64,000 nucleotides of DNA, taken from Solirubrobacterales bacterium (lineage in GTDB: Bacteria; Actinomycetota; Thermoleophilia; Solirubrobacterales; 70-9). The stretch spans positions 990,094 through 1,054,093 of the forward strand of contig OZ241364.1 in NCBI GenBank assembly GCA_965200635.1, written 5' to 3'. Numbering within the stretch: the stretch's first letter is position 1; every line of letters starts with the position of its first letter. Position numbers and translations under genes: made by a program. The notes beneath the pieces were generated by a model. The model was given only the letters and a program-made list of their open reading frames with translations, made no database searches and was not told the origin of the DNA. Below are positions 35,469 to 43,523 of the stretch, one piece after another.

Positions 35469-36310
35469 GGCGCTTTGCCGACGCTGACGCGCTCGTTGCC
35501 CTCGTAGTCGCGCAGGGTTTCCGCCTCGTTCAGCAGTTCCTGCATCGCCGGGCCGTGGTGCGTGTCGTGCTCCATCGCCATCAGCGTGCCCGAAGGCGTT
35601 TCTTCGATCAGCCCGCGGATGACCCCGAGCCCGTCGGACCCGCAGTCGGCGGTGATCGCGATCAGCGGCTCGGCATGGATCTCCGGCGAGCGCTGGTCGA
35701 TCGTCTCGTCGCTGATGTACGGCAGGTTGGCGATCACCATGTCGACCTCGCCGACGTCGTCGGGGATGCCCTTGGCGACCCGCACGTCGAAGTCGAGGCC
35801 GAGGCGCTCGGCGTTCTCACGGGCGGCTTCGACGGCCTCCGGCGAGAGGTCGGAGGCGGTGATCTTCAGGTCGGGACGCTCCGACATCAGCGCCAGCGCG
35901 ATCGCGCCGGAGCCGGTGCCGACCTCGTGGACGCGGGCGCCCTGCGGCAGCCTCGTCCCCACCTCGACCAGCAGCTCGGTCTCCTTGCGCGGCCACAGCA
36001 CGCGCGAATCGACGGCGATCTCGAGATCGCGGAAAGGCGCCTTACCGAGCACGTAGGCGAGCGGTTCGCGTTCGACCCGCTTCTTCACCATCGCCTCGAT
36101 CTTCGCGGCGACCTCCTCGGAGACGTCGTCGGCGCTGTCGACGGAGAGCTCCGAGGGTTTGACGCCCAGGGCGTCGGCGACGATGGCTTCGGCGTCCTCG
36201 CGCGGGGAATCGATCCCCGCCGCGGCCAGACGCTCCGCCGCATCGTCCACCAACGCGCTGATGGTGCGCGCCGAAGGTCCCTCGTGCTTCTCAGTGTCTA
36301 CAGGCGACAT
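35465..36310 (-). CDS. prmC: HemK/PrmC-family protein-(glutamine-N5) methyltransferase
   Basis: SAM motif VHEVGTGSGAIALAL, and NLPY in place of NPPY (VIANLPYI). 4-nt overlap with lysS. Confidence 0.75.
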   Translation of the reverse strand: MSPVDTEKHEGPSARTISALVDDAAERLAAAGIDSPREDAEAIVADALGVKPSELSVDSADDVSEEVAAKIEAMVKKRVEREPLAYVLGKAPFRDLEIAVDSRVLWPRKETELLVEVGTRLPQGARVHEVGTGSGAIALALMSERPDLKITASDLSPEAVEAARENAERLGLDFDVRVAKGIPDDVGEVDMVIANLPYISDETIDQRSPEIHAEPLIAITADCGSDGLGVIRGLIEETPSGTLMAMEHDTHHGPAMQELLNEAETLRDYEGNERVSVGKAP

Positions 36311-36392
36311 CCCCGCCTATCCTCTCTTTGGTTGACCGCTCCAGGCTGATCGCTCTAGAACTCTTGCGCAAGTCATGGTACCGATTTTCCGC

Positions 36393-37187
36393 TCAGGCAG
36401 CGGGCTGAAAGGCGTCACGCGACTCGCCTGCCGACGGTCGGCCGATGCCGCCATGGCGACGCACCACGATAGCGATCCAGATCGCCCCGACCGCCATCAT
36501 CGCCAGCGACTCCAGCTGCGCGGTGGTCAGCCCGGCCGAATCGGTGGTGTTGCGGCGCAGGAACTCGACCAGGAAGCGCTCCGTCCCCGCGTACATCAGG
36601 TAGAGCGCGAAGAGACAGCCGGCGCGCACGCGGTCGCGTAGCTGCCAGAGGATCCAGGCGCCGAGGCCCATCGCCAGCGTCTCGTAGACCGGCGTCGGCT
36701 GCACCGGCACCTTGGTCGGTTCGGTCCCGTTCGGATACGCCATCGCCCACGGCCCGCCCCATGGCTTGCCGTAGTCGCCGTCGCCGGACAGCTGACAGCC
36801 GCAACGCCCGAGCGCATAACCGAGCGCCAGCGCCGGCGCCGCCACATCCAGCAGCGTCAGGTTGAGGAAGTCCCGCCACCAGGCCCAGGCGATCACGAAG
36901 AGCGCCCCGCCGATCGCACCGCCGTACCAGACGAGCCCGGAGCCGCTGAAGATGTGGCCGAGCAGATCGCCCTTCACCTCGTCGTAGTTCTGGACGAGGA
37001 AGTAGACCCGCGAGCCGACCAGCCCACCGAGCAGCGCCGCGAACCCCATCTCGTAGCCCCAGTCCACCGGCCGGCCAAGCTCCCCGAAGCGCTTCCAAAC
37101 CAGCGCTCCCGCGGCGAGGAACGCCAGCGCGAAGCAGAGCCCGAAGGTCTGGATCGTGAGCGGGCCGAGATGGAGCTCCGGGTACAT
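36393..37187 (-). CDS. lgt: prolipoprotein diacylglyceryl transferase
   Basis: LHLGPLTIQTFGLCFALAFLAA..., GRCGCQLSGDGDYG, typical Lgt topology. Confidence 0.9.
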   Translation of the reverse strand: MYPELHLGPLTIQTFGLCFALAFLAAGALVWKRFGELGRPVDWGYEMGFAALLGGLVGSRVYFLVQNYDEVKGDLLGHIFSGSGLVWYGGAIGGALFVIAWAWWRDFLNLTLLDVAAPALALGYALGRCGCQLSGDGDYGKPWGGPWAMAYPNGTEPTKVPVQPTPVYETLAMGLGAWILWQLRDRVRAGCLFALYLMYAGTERFLVEFLRRNTTDSAGLTTAQLESLAMMAVGAIWIAIVVRRHGGIGRPSAGESRDAFQPAA

Positions 37188-37353
37188 CGCCGTACCTTCT
37201 CAGGCGCGACGGGGCAGCGTCGGCTCGGGGCGCTGGGCGAGGGAGTGCCGGAGCCGGGGAGGGTGTGCGACGCGGGACGCACGAGAGTCCCATGGGAATT
37301 TCACGAGGACGTCACGAGACTCGCAAGTCGTGACCGAGAGCGTGGGAAGTCCA

Positions 37354-37431
37354 CGCTTCCGTGCGTGTTGGACAACAGTCAATTCGTCGCTGCGTGCATT
37401 GACCCCCCTATAGGGGCCCTAATACACGCAG
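37354..37431 (+). repeat. nested 78-nt module N78, copy 2
   Basis: Identical to 4902-4979. Confidence 0.8.
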
Positions 37432-37555
37432 CGCGTTTTCGGGCCCTGATTCCAGGCCCGAAGACAGACCGAAGATGCGCGGAAGGGTGACGTTCCCGGC
37501 ATCTCCCTCTAGGAACTCAGGCAGGTGTGGCTTCTCTCGCGCGGACCCCTCACGT

Positions 37556-37609
37556 CCTGGGCGTCTCATGGCGGTCACAGCCAGCCAGGACCGCCATGAG
37601 ACGCCCAGG
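37556..37609 (-). repeat. conserved-loop hairpin (CLH-2) about 50 nt after the argF stop
   Basis: Perfect 21-bp stem CCTGGGCGTCTCATGGCGGTC/GACCGCCATGAGACGCCCAGG. The loop reads CTGGCTGGCTGT on the argF-sense strand. Confidence 0.75.
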
Positions 37610-37659
37610 ACTCCCTTAGGACTGCCGGAGCGGCCGGGACAACGCCGTCCCCCACCCCC

Positions 37660-38580
37660 TCAGTCCGCGAGCAAAAACTCCAGCAACGCCTTCTGCGCGT
37701 GCAGGCGGTTCTCGGCCTGGTCGAAGACCGCCGACTGGGGGCCGTAGAGAACCTCACCGGTGATCTCGTCGCCGGGATGCGCGGGGAGGCAGTGGAGGAC
37801 GATCGCCGAGTCCTTGGCCGCGTCGAGGAGATCGGAGTCGAGCCGGAACGGCGCCAGGTCCTTGCGGCGGCGCTCCTCGTCTTCGTCGCCCATGCTGACC
37901 CAGACGTCGGTGTAGAGGGCGTCGGCGTCGGCCGCGGCGGCGCGGGGATCGCCGGTCAGCTTCACCCCGTGGGCCTCCTCCAGCTGGTAGTCGGGCGGCG
38001 CGGCGACGACGACTTCGATGTCGGCGCGCTCCCCCAGCACGGCGAGCGAGCGCGCCACGTTGTTGCCGTCGCCGACGTAGGCGAGGCGCAGGCCGGCGAG
38101 GTCCCCGAAGCGCTCGCCCAGCGTCAGCAGGTCGGCGATCGCCTGGCAGGGATGGTGCAGCGGGGTGAGCGCGTTGATCACCGGGACGTCGGCGGCGGCG
38201 GCCAGCTCGACCACGCGCTGATGGGACCCCGAGCGGATCACGACCGCGTCGACCATCCGCGAGAGGACCTGGGCGGTGTCGGCGATCGACTCCCCGCGCG
38301 AGAGCTGCATTTCGTCCCCGCGCAGGACGACCGGGTGCGCGCCGAGCTCGAAGACGCCGACGTCGAAGGAGACGCGGGTGCGGGTCGAGGGGCGCTCGAA
38401 GACGAGCGCGACGCTGCGCCCGGCGAGCGAGTCGGCACCGAGGCGGCCGCCCTTGCGCGCGGGGTCGCGCCCCGCTTTGAGATCGGCGGCGCGGTCGAGC
38501 AGGCGCTCGAGCTCGAAGGCGCCCAGCTCTTCGCCGGTGAGGAAGTCTCGCTTTGCCAAGGCGCCGATACTACGGAGCAC
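37660..38580 (-). CDS. argF: ornithine carbamoyltransferase
   Basis: STRTRVSF, HPCQ, HCLP motifs. GTG start chosen at 38580; an in-frame TTG a few codons downstream is possible. Confidence 0.9.
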   Translation of the reverse strand: MLRSIGALAKRDFLTGEELGAFELERLLDRAADLKAGRDPARKGGRLGADSLAGRSVALVFERPSTRTRVSFDVGVFELGAHPVVLRGDEMQLSRGESIADTAQVLSRMVDAVVIRSGSHQRVVELAAAADVPVINALTPLHHPCQAIADLLTLGERFGDLAGLRLAYVGDGNNVARSLAVLGERADIEVVVAAPPDYQLEEAHGVKLTGDPRAAAADADALYTDVWVSMGDEDEERRRKDLAPFRLDSDLLDAAKDSAIVLHCLPAHPGDEITGEVLYGPQSAVFDQAENRLHAQKALLEFLLAD

Positions 38581-39423
38581 ATGGAGATCACCGTCCTCTG
38601 CTGGAACCTCTTCCACGGCCGCGACTTCCCGCCGGACGCCGAGCTGCGCACCTGGCGCTCGCGCCTGCTGCGGCTCGACGAGTCCAACGACACCCACGTC
38701 CAGGTCAACCGCGACCTGACGCCGGAGTTCGGCACGCTCCTCGGCTCGGCGGCCTGGGACCTGGCGATGCTGCAGGAGTGCCCGCCGCGCTTCGCCGCCC
38801 CGCTGGCGCGGGCGAGCGGCGCCGAATACCACCGGGTCTTCACCTCCCGCAACGAGCTCGGCTTCTGGCGCGCCTTCCTCGCCCGGCAGAACCCGGACCT
38901 GATCGCGAGCGGCGAGGGCGGCTCGAACACGACGCTGGTGCGGGTGCCGGGGAAGCTCGGCGGGATCGCCGAGCGGCGCGAGCTGGAGATCCACGCCGGC
39001 GAGCCCGAGCGCCGGGCGATGGCGTTCACCCGCACCGCCTCCGGCCTCTGCATCGCCAACCTGCACGCGACGAACGACCAGCCACCGCTAGCGGTGGCCG
39101 ACGTCCTGCTGGCAGCCGAAGCGGCGAGCGGCTGGGCCGGGGACGCGCCGCTGGTCTTCGGCGGCGACCTGAACCTGCGGCCGGCCGAGGACCCGGAGGT
39201 CTTCGAACGGCTCGCGGCGAACTTCGGCCTGGCCTCGCCGGTGACCGGCGCGATGAAGATCGACCACGTGTTGGTCCGCGGGCTCGAGGTCGTCGCGGCG
39301 CCGACGCAATGGCCGCCCGAGCGCCGCGAGCTCACCCTCGACGGCAAGGCCCTGCGGCTCTCCGATCACGCTCCGCTCGAGGCCCGCTTCGCGACAAAGG
39401 ACCCGCCCGCGCTCTCGAATTGA
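38581..39423 (+). CDS. endonuclease/exonuclease/phosphatase (EEP) family protein
   Basis: VLCWNLFHG...LQE...GGDLN...LSDHAPL. Confidence 0.75.
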   Translation: MEITVLCWNLFHGRDFPPDAELRTWRSRLLRLDESNDTHVQVNRDLTPEFGTLLGSAAWDLAMLQECPPRFAAPLARASGAEYHRVFTSRNELGFWRAFLARQNPDLIASGEGGSNTTLVRVPGKLGGIAERRELEIHAGEPERRAMAFTRTASGLCIANLHATNDQPPLAVADVLLAAEAASGWAGDAPLVFGGDLNLRPAEDPEVFERLAANFGLASPVTGAMKIDHVLVRGLEVVAAPTQWPPERRELTLDGKALRLSDHAPLEARFATKDPPALSN

Positions 39424-39464
39424 GATATTCGGGGCGTGGGTAGGCAGTCCCAGACTCGAAATCG

Positions 39465-39944
39465 GTGACAAAGGGGGACGTTATGGCTGACGACAAAGAC
39501 AGCGGCAAAGCAAAAGCGAAAACGAAAAAACCGGCGAAAGCCAAAAAAGCCGCGCCGAAAAAAGCGGCGGCCAAAAAACCGGCCAAAGCGAAAGCCAAAG
39601 CGAAACCGAACCCGGGTAAAAAACAAACTGCGAAAAAACCGAAAGCGAAAAAGGCTTCGGGGAAAGCCGCGCCGAAAAAATCCACCTCGAAACCGAAAGC
39701 GAAAGTTGCCGGGATCGACAAAAGCTTCGCGCAGCTTCGTGACTCGCTCGAGCACAGCGTCACGCTGAGCCGGGACCGCATCCAGGAGGTCGTCGACGAC
39801 GCGGTCAAACGCGGTCGCATGACCCACGGGGACGCCGAGAAGATGATCGGCGAGCTGCTCAAACGTGGCCGCAAACAGACCGACACGCTGGTCGCCGAGT
39901 TGGAGAAACTCGTCCGCCAGGCGCGCAGGAAACTCCCCAACTAG
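39465..39944 (+). CDS. Lys/Ala/Pro-rich (histone-H1-like) N-terminus fused to a phasin-like helical C-terminal domain
   Basis: KAKAKTKKPAKAKKAAPKKAAAKKPAKAKAKAKP... followed by SFAQLRDSLEHSVTLSRDRIQEVVDDAVKRGRMTHGDAEKMIGELLKRGRKQTD. Confidence 0.6.
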   Translation: MTKGDVMADDKDSGKAKAKTKKPAKAKKAAPKKAAAKKPAKAKAKAKPNPGKKQTAKKPKAKKASGKAAPKKSTSKPKAKVAGIDKSFAQLRDSLEHSVTLSRDRIQEVVDDAVKRGRMTHGDAEKMIGELLKRGRKQTDTLVAELEKLVRQARRKLPN

Positions 39945-41410
39945 TGGAGTCGGGGACGCAGACGAACGCAGCGCGCCCGAGGGCGCCGCGCAAAGGCGAG
40001 CGACTCGAGGTCGAGATCGACTCGCTGGCCTTCGGCGGCCGCGGGGTCGCCCGCGCGGACGGCTTCGTCGTCTTCGTCGCCGGCGGGCTGCCGGGCGACC
40101 GCGTCCTCGCCGAGGTGACGAAAGGCAAGAAGCGCTTCGCCGAGGCGCGCACCGTGGAGCTGCTCCGCGCCGGCGCCGACCGCCTGCCGGACCGCTGCCT
40201 CCACGGCGGCGAGCCCTGCCCCGGAGCACCCTGGCAGGGCCTCGCCTACGAGCGCCAGCTGACCGAGAAGCAGGCCCAGGTCGAGGACTCGCTGCGCCGC
40301 ATCGGCGGGCTCGACGACTTCGAGATGGAGCCGATCGTCGGCGCGCTCGAAGAGTGGCGGTATCGCAACAAGCTCGAGTACTCCTTCGGCGAGGGCGCGG
40401 TAGGCAGCACCGACGAGGGCGTCGCGCTCGGCTTCCACGCGCGGGGCCGCTGGGACCTGATCGTCAACGTCGATGACTGCAAGCTCGCCTCGGAACCCGG
40501 CAACGCCGCTCGCAACGGGGTCCGCGAATGGGCGCGGATGGAGGACGTCCCCGCCTACGACGCGGGCGCCCGCAAGGGCATCCTGCGCAACCTCGTCGTC
40601 CGCGAGGGGCGGCGCACCGGCCAGATCCAGACCCGCCTCGTCACCACCGCCGCGCGCCTGCCGCGCCCGCCGGTCGACCTCCACACGACGATCGAGGGCG
40701 ACTCGGGCGGCACCGATGGCCCGACCGGGGCGATCGGCGAAGAGCGCCTGCACGAGACCCTCTGCGGCCTCGACTTCGAGATGTCCCACGGCGCCTTCTT
40801 CCAGACCAACACGGAGATGGCCGAGCGCCTCTACGCGGTGGCCCAGGAGTTCGCCGGCCTGAGTGGCACCGAGCGAGTCTTCGACCTCTTCTGCGGCATC
40901 GGCACGATCGGCCTCTCGATGGCCGGCGCGGCCGGCGAGGTCTGGGGCCTCGAGATCGTCCCCGAGGCGATCGAAGACGCGGAGCGAAACGCCGAGCGCA
41001 ACGGCATCGGCAACGCCAAATTCATCGCGGGGAACGCCCGTACCGGCGTCCGCCCCCTGGTCGAGAAAGCCGGCAAGCCCGACGTCGTCATCGTCGACCC
41101 ACCCCGCGCCGGCCTCTCCCAGAAAATCGTCCGCCGCCTGATCGAGTGCGAGGCGAAGAAGATCGTCTACGTCTCCTGCAACCCGACCACCCTCGCCCCG
41201 AACGCGTCCCAGCTGGAGGAGGCGGGCTACAAGCTCCGCCGCGTCCGCCCCGTCGACATGTTCCCCCAGACCCCCCACATCGAGTGCGTGGCTCTCTTCG
41301 AGAAGGTCCGCCCGACCCCGGCGGCCCCGAGCGACGACGCCGCCGCCGAGTCCGCGCCCATGGGCGTAGCCGCGGCCGAGGGCACCGCCGCCGCCGAGTC
41401 CGGCGCCTGA
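39944..41410 (+). CDS. TRAM-domain class I SAM-dependent RNA (uracil-5) methyltransferase, RlmD/RumA family
   Basis: TRAM N-terminus (LEVEIDSLAFGGRGVAR...GDRV). SAM motif DLFCGIGTIGL. C-terminal DMFPQTPHIECV. Confidence 0.8.
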   Translation: MESGTQTNAARPRAPRKGERLEVEIDSLAFGGRGVARADGFVVFVAGGLPGDRVLAEVTKGKKRFAEARTVELLRAGADRLPDRCLHGGEPCPGAPWQGLAYERQLTEKQAQVEDSLRRIGGLDDFEMEPIVGALEEWRYRNKLEYSFGEGAVGSTDEGVALGFHARGRWDLIVNVDDCKLASEPGNAARNGVREWARMEDVPAYDAGARKGILRNLVVREGRRTGQIQTRLVTTAARLPRPPVDLHTTIEGDSGGTDGPTGAIGEERLHETLCGLDFEMSHGAFFQTNTEMAERLYAVAQEFAGLSGTERVFDLFCGIGTIGLSMAGAAGEVWGLEIVPEAIEDAERNAERNGIGNAKFIAGNARTGVRPLVEKAGKPDVVIVDPPRAGLSQKIVRRLIECEAKKIVYVSCNPTTLAPNASQLEEAGYKLRRVRPVDMFPQTPHIECVALFEKVRPTPAAPSDDAAAESAPMGVAAAEGTAAAESGA

Positions 41411-41424
41411 TCCACCGCCCAGCG

Positions 41425-42822
41425 TTACTTGGTCCCGGGGAGCTCTTCCAGGCCGTAGAAGGTGTAGTAACCCGCCACGTAGAGGCGGTGGCCGTCGCTG
41501 ACGACCGGGGAGTAGCCGGCGGAGTGGAGGGTGAAGTCGCGCTTGTGGGTGTGGACGTCGTAGCCGACCGACTGGCGGGTCTTGAAGCTGGAGCTGAAGA
41601 CGGTGTTGCCGATCACCGAGGCGGTGCCGGGGATCGGGCCGCCGACGTCGGCGTGCCAGCGTTCGTCGCCGTTGCTCGCGCGGAGGGCGTAGAGGCGCCC
41701 GTTTTCGGAGCCGATGTAGACCGTGGCGGGGGTGCCGGGGACCTTGGCGACGGCGGGTGAGCCGTAGACGAACCCGCCGGTCGTGAAGTGCCAGGCGATC
41801 TTGCCGGTCTTCCGGTCGAAGGCGAAGACGACGCCGTCGGCGCGGGCCGCGTAGACGTGGCCGAAGGCGATCGCCGGTGAGGAGTAGAAGCCACCCTTGC
41901 CACCGACCTCCTTGGTGGTGTTGGTCCGCCAGGCGACCTTGCCGGTCTTCGCGTGCAGCGCCAGCATCCCGCTCTGGTAGTTGCCGACGTAGATCAGGCC
42001 GTCGTGGAAGGAGGGGCTCGCCTTGATCGCCGCGTTCGCCTTGTACTCCCAGATCTTGTGGCCGTTGGAGGTGTCGATCGCCAGCACCTGCTTGGAGTCG
42101 GTGCCGATGTAGAGGGTCTTGCCGACGATCAGCGGCGAGGACTCGAGGTGCGCGTCCAGGTCCTCCTTCCACGAGACCTTGCCGGTCCTGGCGTTCAGCG
42201 CGACCAGCGCGCCGCCGATCTCAGCGACGAAGACGCGGCCGCCGTAGAAGGCAGGCCCGGTGACGTCGATCGGCGCCCCGTGCAGCCGTTTACGAATGAT
42301 GCGCGTCCAGAGGATCTTTTTGTCCTTGAGCCGGACCGCGTACACGTTTCCGTACTTGTTCACGAGGTAGGCGACGCCGCCGGAGACCGCCGGCGGGAAC
42401 TCGATCAGCGCGTGGGTGTTGATGTGCCAGAGGACCTTGAAGGGCGGATCGAGATCGTCGATCGGCCCGCCGAGGTAGTGCGTGCGCTGCGGCACCCGGC
42501 CGAAGAACGGCCACGACGCGGTCGGCGTCTCGTCCTGGAGCTCGGAGGGCTTCGACTCCGCCCGTTCCTCTTTGTCGGTCAGTTCCGGTTCCTTGCCGAC
42601 CCGGGTCCCCGACTTCGTGACGCTCTTCGTCGGCTTCGCCTTCGCCTCTTTGACCAAGGGCGAGTTGGGCGCAGCCTTGCCACGCGCCGGGGCCGTGGTC
42701 GCCGTCGCGGTCGTCGACCCGGTGCTCCCGTCGCTCCCCGAACCACCCGACCCGCACCCGGCCAACACCAGGAGCGCGAGCAGCAGACAACCGAACAGGG
42801 CGAGCTTGGACGAGCGACGCAT
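41425..42822 (-). CDS. PQQ-like beta-propeller repeat lipoprotein
   Basis: Lipobox LLVLAGCGSG. Repeated GxxVWxxxxxG... blades (e.g. GKVSWKEDL, GHKIWEYKA, GKVAWRTNT, GKIAWHFTT). Confidence 0.78.
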   Translation of the reverse strand: MRRSSKLALFGCLLLALLVLAGCGSGGSGSDGSTGSTTATATTAPARGKAAPNSPLVKEAKAKPTKSVTKSGTRVGKEPELTDKEERAESKPSELQDETPTASWPFFGRVPQRTHYLGGPIDDLDPPFKVLWHINTHALIEFPPAVSGGVAYLVNKYGNVYAVRLKDKKILWTRIIRKRLHGAPIDVTGPAFYGGRVFVAEIGGALVALNARTGKVSWKEDLDAHLESSPLIVGKTLYIGTDSKQVLAIDTSNGHKIWEYKANAAIKASPSFHDGLIYVGNYQSGMLALHAKTGKVAWRTNTTKEVGGKGGFYSSPAIAFGHVYAARADGVVFAFDRKTGKIAWHFTTGGFVYGSPAVAKVPGTPATVYIGSENGRLYALRASNGDERWHADVGGPIPGTASVIGNTVFSSSFKTRQSVGYDVHTHKRDFTLHSAGYSPVVSDGHRLYVAGYYTFYGLEELPGTK

Positions 42823-42861
42823 GCGGCGTCATCGGCCGCTCTCGCTTCGCGCTTTAGGGAA

Positions 42862-43467
42862 TCAGTACGGCGGCAGGTCCTCGTACCACTTGCCGAGCAT
42901 GCGGAAAGCACGCCAGAAGCGTTGCTTGGCGCCCTCTTCGTCGAGGGATTCGTCGATGTCGGGGACGTAGAGGGCGTCGACGGTCGGGGTGAAGGCCTGG
43001 ATCTCACCCTCGCGCTTCTCGATTTGGCGGGAGAGGGGGACCTGGAGGCCGTTGAGGACGCGGAGGCTCGGTTCGCCCATCACGACGACGATCTTCGGCT
43101 GGACGATCGCGATCTCCTCGATCAGGCGGGCGACGCACTCCTGCGGCGCGAGGTCGGGCTCGGCGACCGGGCACTTGACGCAGAGCGTGCCGTAGACGAC
43201 GAGGGGGTCGATCCCCAGCCGTTTGAAGGATTTCATCAGCGCGTTGCCGGCGCGGCCGTAGAAGGCGACCCCCTCCTCGATCTCCGAGGTCATCGGCGAG
43301 TGCTTGAGCATCAAGACGTCGGCCTGCGGATGGCCGGAGCCGAGAACCGGCATCAGCTTGCCGCGCGGGCAGTAGGGGCAGTCGAGGATTTCGCGGCTCA
43401 TCTGGTTGAGCTCGCGGATCGCCCTCTCTAGATACTTCTCGCGGATCTCATCGTCGGTGGAGTGCAT
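42862..43467 (-). CDS. uracil-DNA glycosylase superfamily protein (family 4/5-like)
   Basis: CPYCPRGKLMPVLGSGHPQADVLMLKHSP...HPSP-like end. Family assignment tentative. Confidence 0.6.
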   Translation of the reverse strand: MHSTDDEIREKYLERAIRELNQMSREILDCPYCPRGKLMPVLGSGHPQADVLMLKHSPMTSEIEEGVAFYGRAGNALMKSFKRLGIDPLVVYGTLCVKCPVAEPDLAPQECVARLIEEIAIVQPKIVVVMGEPSLRVLNGLQVPLSRQIEKREGEIQAFTPTVDALYVPDIDESLDEEGAKQRFWRAFRMLGKWYEDLPPY

Positions 43468-43523
43468 CTGCCGGGACCTCTTTGACGAGGTCGGCGCGCC
43501 TCCTTCGCGGCGAGGGGCGTGCA

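Larger units (their letters stand above)
37241..37645 (+). repeat. composite intergenic repeat IGR-A, copy 2
   Basis: Core 37300-37570 is about 90-100% identical by eye to copy 1. Fills the lgt/argF spacer. Confidence 0.85.

Noticed and set aside
37699-38580. Upstream 294 codons of the tracked 574-aa ORF that ends in the EEP-family protein.
   Set aside because: This part is antisense to argF and of shadow-ORF composition. The EEP domain begins at MEITVLCWNLF (38581).
39941-42172. 743-aa minus-strand ORF spanning the rlmD-like gene and part of the PQQ-propeller gene. Other long alternative-frame ORFs over the same region: 40528..41760, 41953..43431, 43482..44813.
   Set aside because: Same shadow-ORF composition. 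It crosses the boundary between two well-supported genes on different strands, which a real gene would not do.
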